This document shows positions 63,501 through 64,000 of a DNA stretch of 64,000 nucleotides, in pieces; the first letter of the stretch is position 1; each line of letters starts with the position of its first letter. The translations under genes were made by a program, and so were the position numbers. The DNA lies in NCBI GenBank assembly GCA_002269645.1, contig NIVC01001489.1:159801-223800 (forward strand). Reading direction: 5' to 3'. The notes under the pieces are model-generated. The model made no database searches, had not been told where the DNA came from, and saw only the letters and a program-made list of their open reading frames with translations. Source of the DNA: Macrostomum lignano (Eukaryota).

Positions 63501-64000
63501 TGGTAGTGCGAAAGAACGGCACCGCCACTATGTACGACTATCTGTATCCGGGAAATATTCTGAACGCTACTATCGACAAGTCGAATGCATCCGCACCGTG
63601 GTGCGACAGTCTCGGTCGCTCCGAGTTTCCTGGACCCGGACCCAATGACCAGATTCGTCGGCTATGCGAGAAGGGCCGAGGAAAGCCGCCTACTGCTATA
63701 TTGAAGCACCGAGACTATATACCGCCTATTCGTTCTACACCTACTCTTATTATGGTGGCGCTCCTACCAAACAGTTTGGCTCTGGATATCTCCTGTTATC
63801 GATTGAAAATGTGCGCATGAGTTTGCACCTCAGACAGCCAGGCGATGCGAATCTGACATGCAGATTGTGGAACGGACTGCTGCCGATGCGCGACACGTCT
63901 CCGGCTGACAGAAGCTACTTTGGAGACGAGATTCTCCGAGTCGAGTACAGGCTAGGCTGCTCCTACGGCTACGAGCCCTGCCTTGTAACTAAAAACTGCG
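51583..64000 (+). CDS. Uncharacterised secreted Cys-rich glycoprotein of tandem ~402-aa modules (3'-incomplete; module 8 frameshifted)
   Basis: Signal exon 51583-51675 (MAGAMLGLWLVLQLLLTGPQDVLAIGNCSDA|gtaagc). Exon A (1107 nt) starts at 52742, 54199, 55656, 57112, 58569, 60026, 61482 and 62939. Exon B (99 nt) starts at 53950, 55407, 56863, 58320, 59777, 61233 and 62690. A ends ATG|gtgagt and B ends CAG|gcaagt; all are phase 0. No family was recognised. Confidence 0.75.
52720..64000 (+). repeat. Tandem array of >=8 near-identical 1456-1457-bp units
   Basis: The same 443-474-aa ORF recurs at 54010, 55467, 56923, 58380, 59837, 61293 and 62750. Confidence 0.98.

Noticed and set aside
54010-63820. 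Seven separate 443-474-aa genes starting MIAMEK
   Set aside because: The Met is internal to exon B, the ORFs read through introns, and they have no signal peptide. A spliced multi-module gene fits better.

Overview
Eukaryotic, intron-containing genomic DNA from an invertebrate animal. Evidence: GT/GC-AG introns, a TTAGGG-type repeat and a gustatory-receptor-like gene. The GC-rich exons and satellite-filled introns resemble a free-living flatworm such as Macrostomum, but that is an unverified impression. I reconstructed four genes by hand with consistent splice phases. (1) A 4-exon gustatory-receptor-like (Grl/7TMIC) gene, 12735-15170. (2) A 13-exon ADAM-type metalloprotease, 17260-25764 (~1596 aa), whose usual transmembrane and cytoplasmic tail is replaced by a ~900-aa Ser/Thr/Pro mucin stalk and a GPI-signal-like end. 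(3) UBE4B/Ufd2, 31782-40012, minus strand. (4) An uncharacterised secreted protein from 51583: one signal-peptide exon followed by at least 8 near-identical 1457-bp two-exon modules, all phase 0, running off the window end. A scrambled second ADAM paralog lies at 6079-10344. Mobile DNA includes an RNase-H LINE at the centre of a >=2.7-kb palindrome, foldback-like elements, a Penelope-like RT remnant with a nearby minimal hammerhead ribozyme, a Crypton-type recombinase fragment with a deletion derivative, a hAT remnant and MITEs. Many minisatellites fill the introns.
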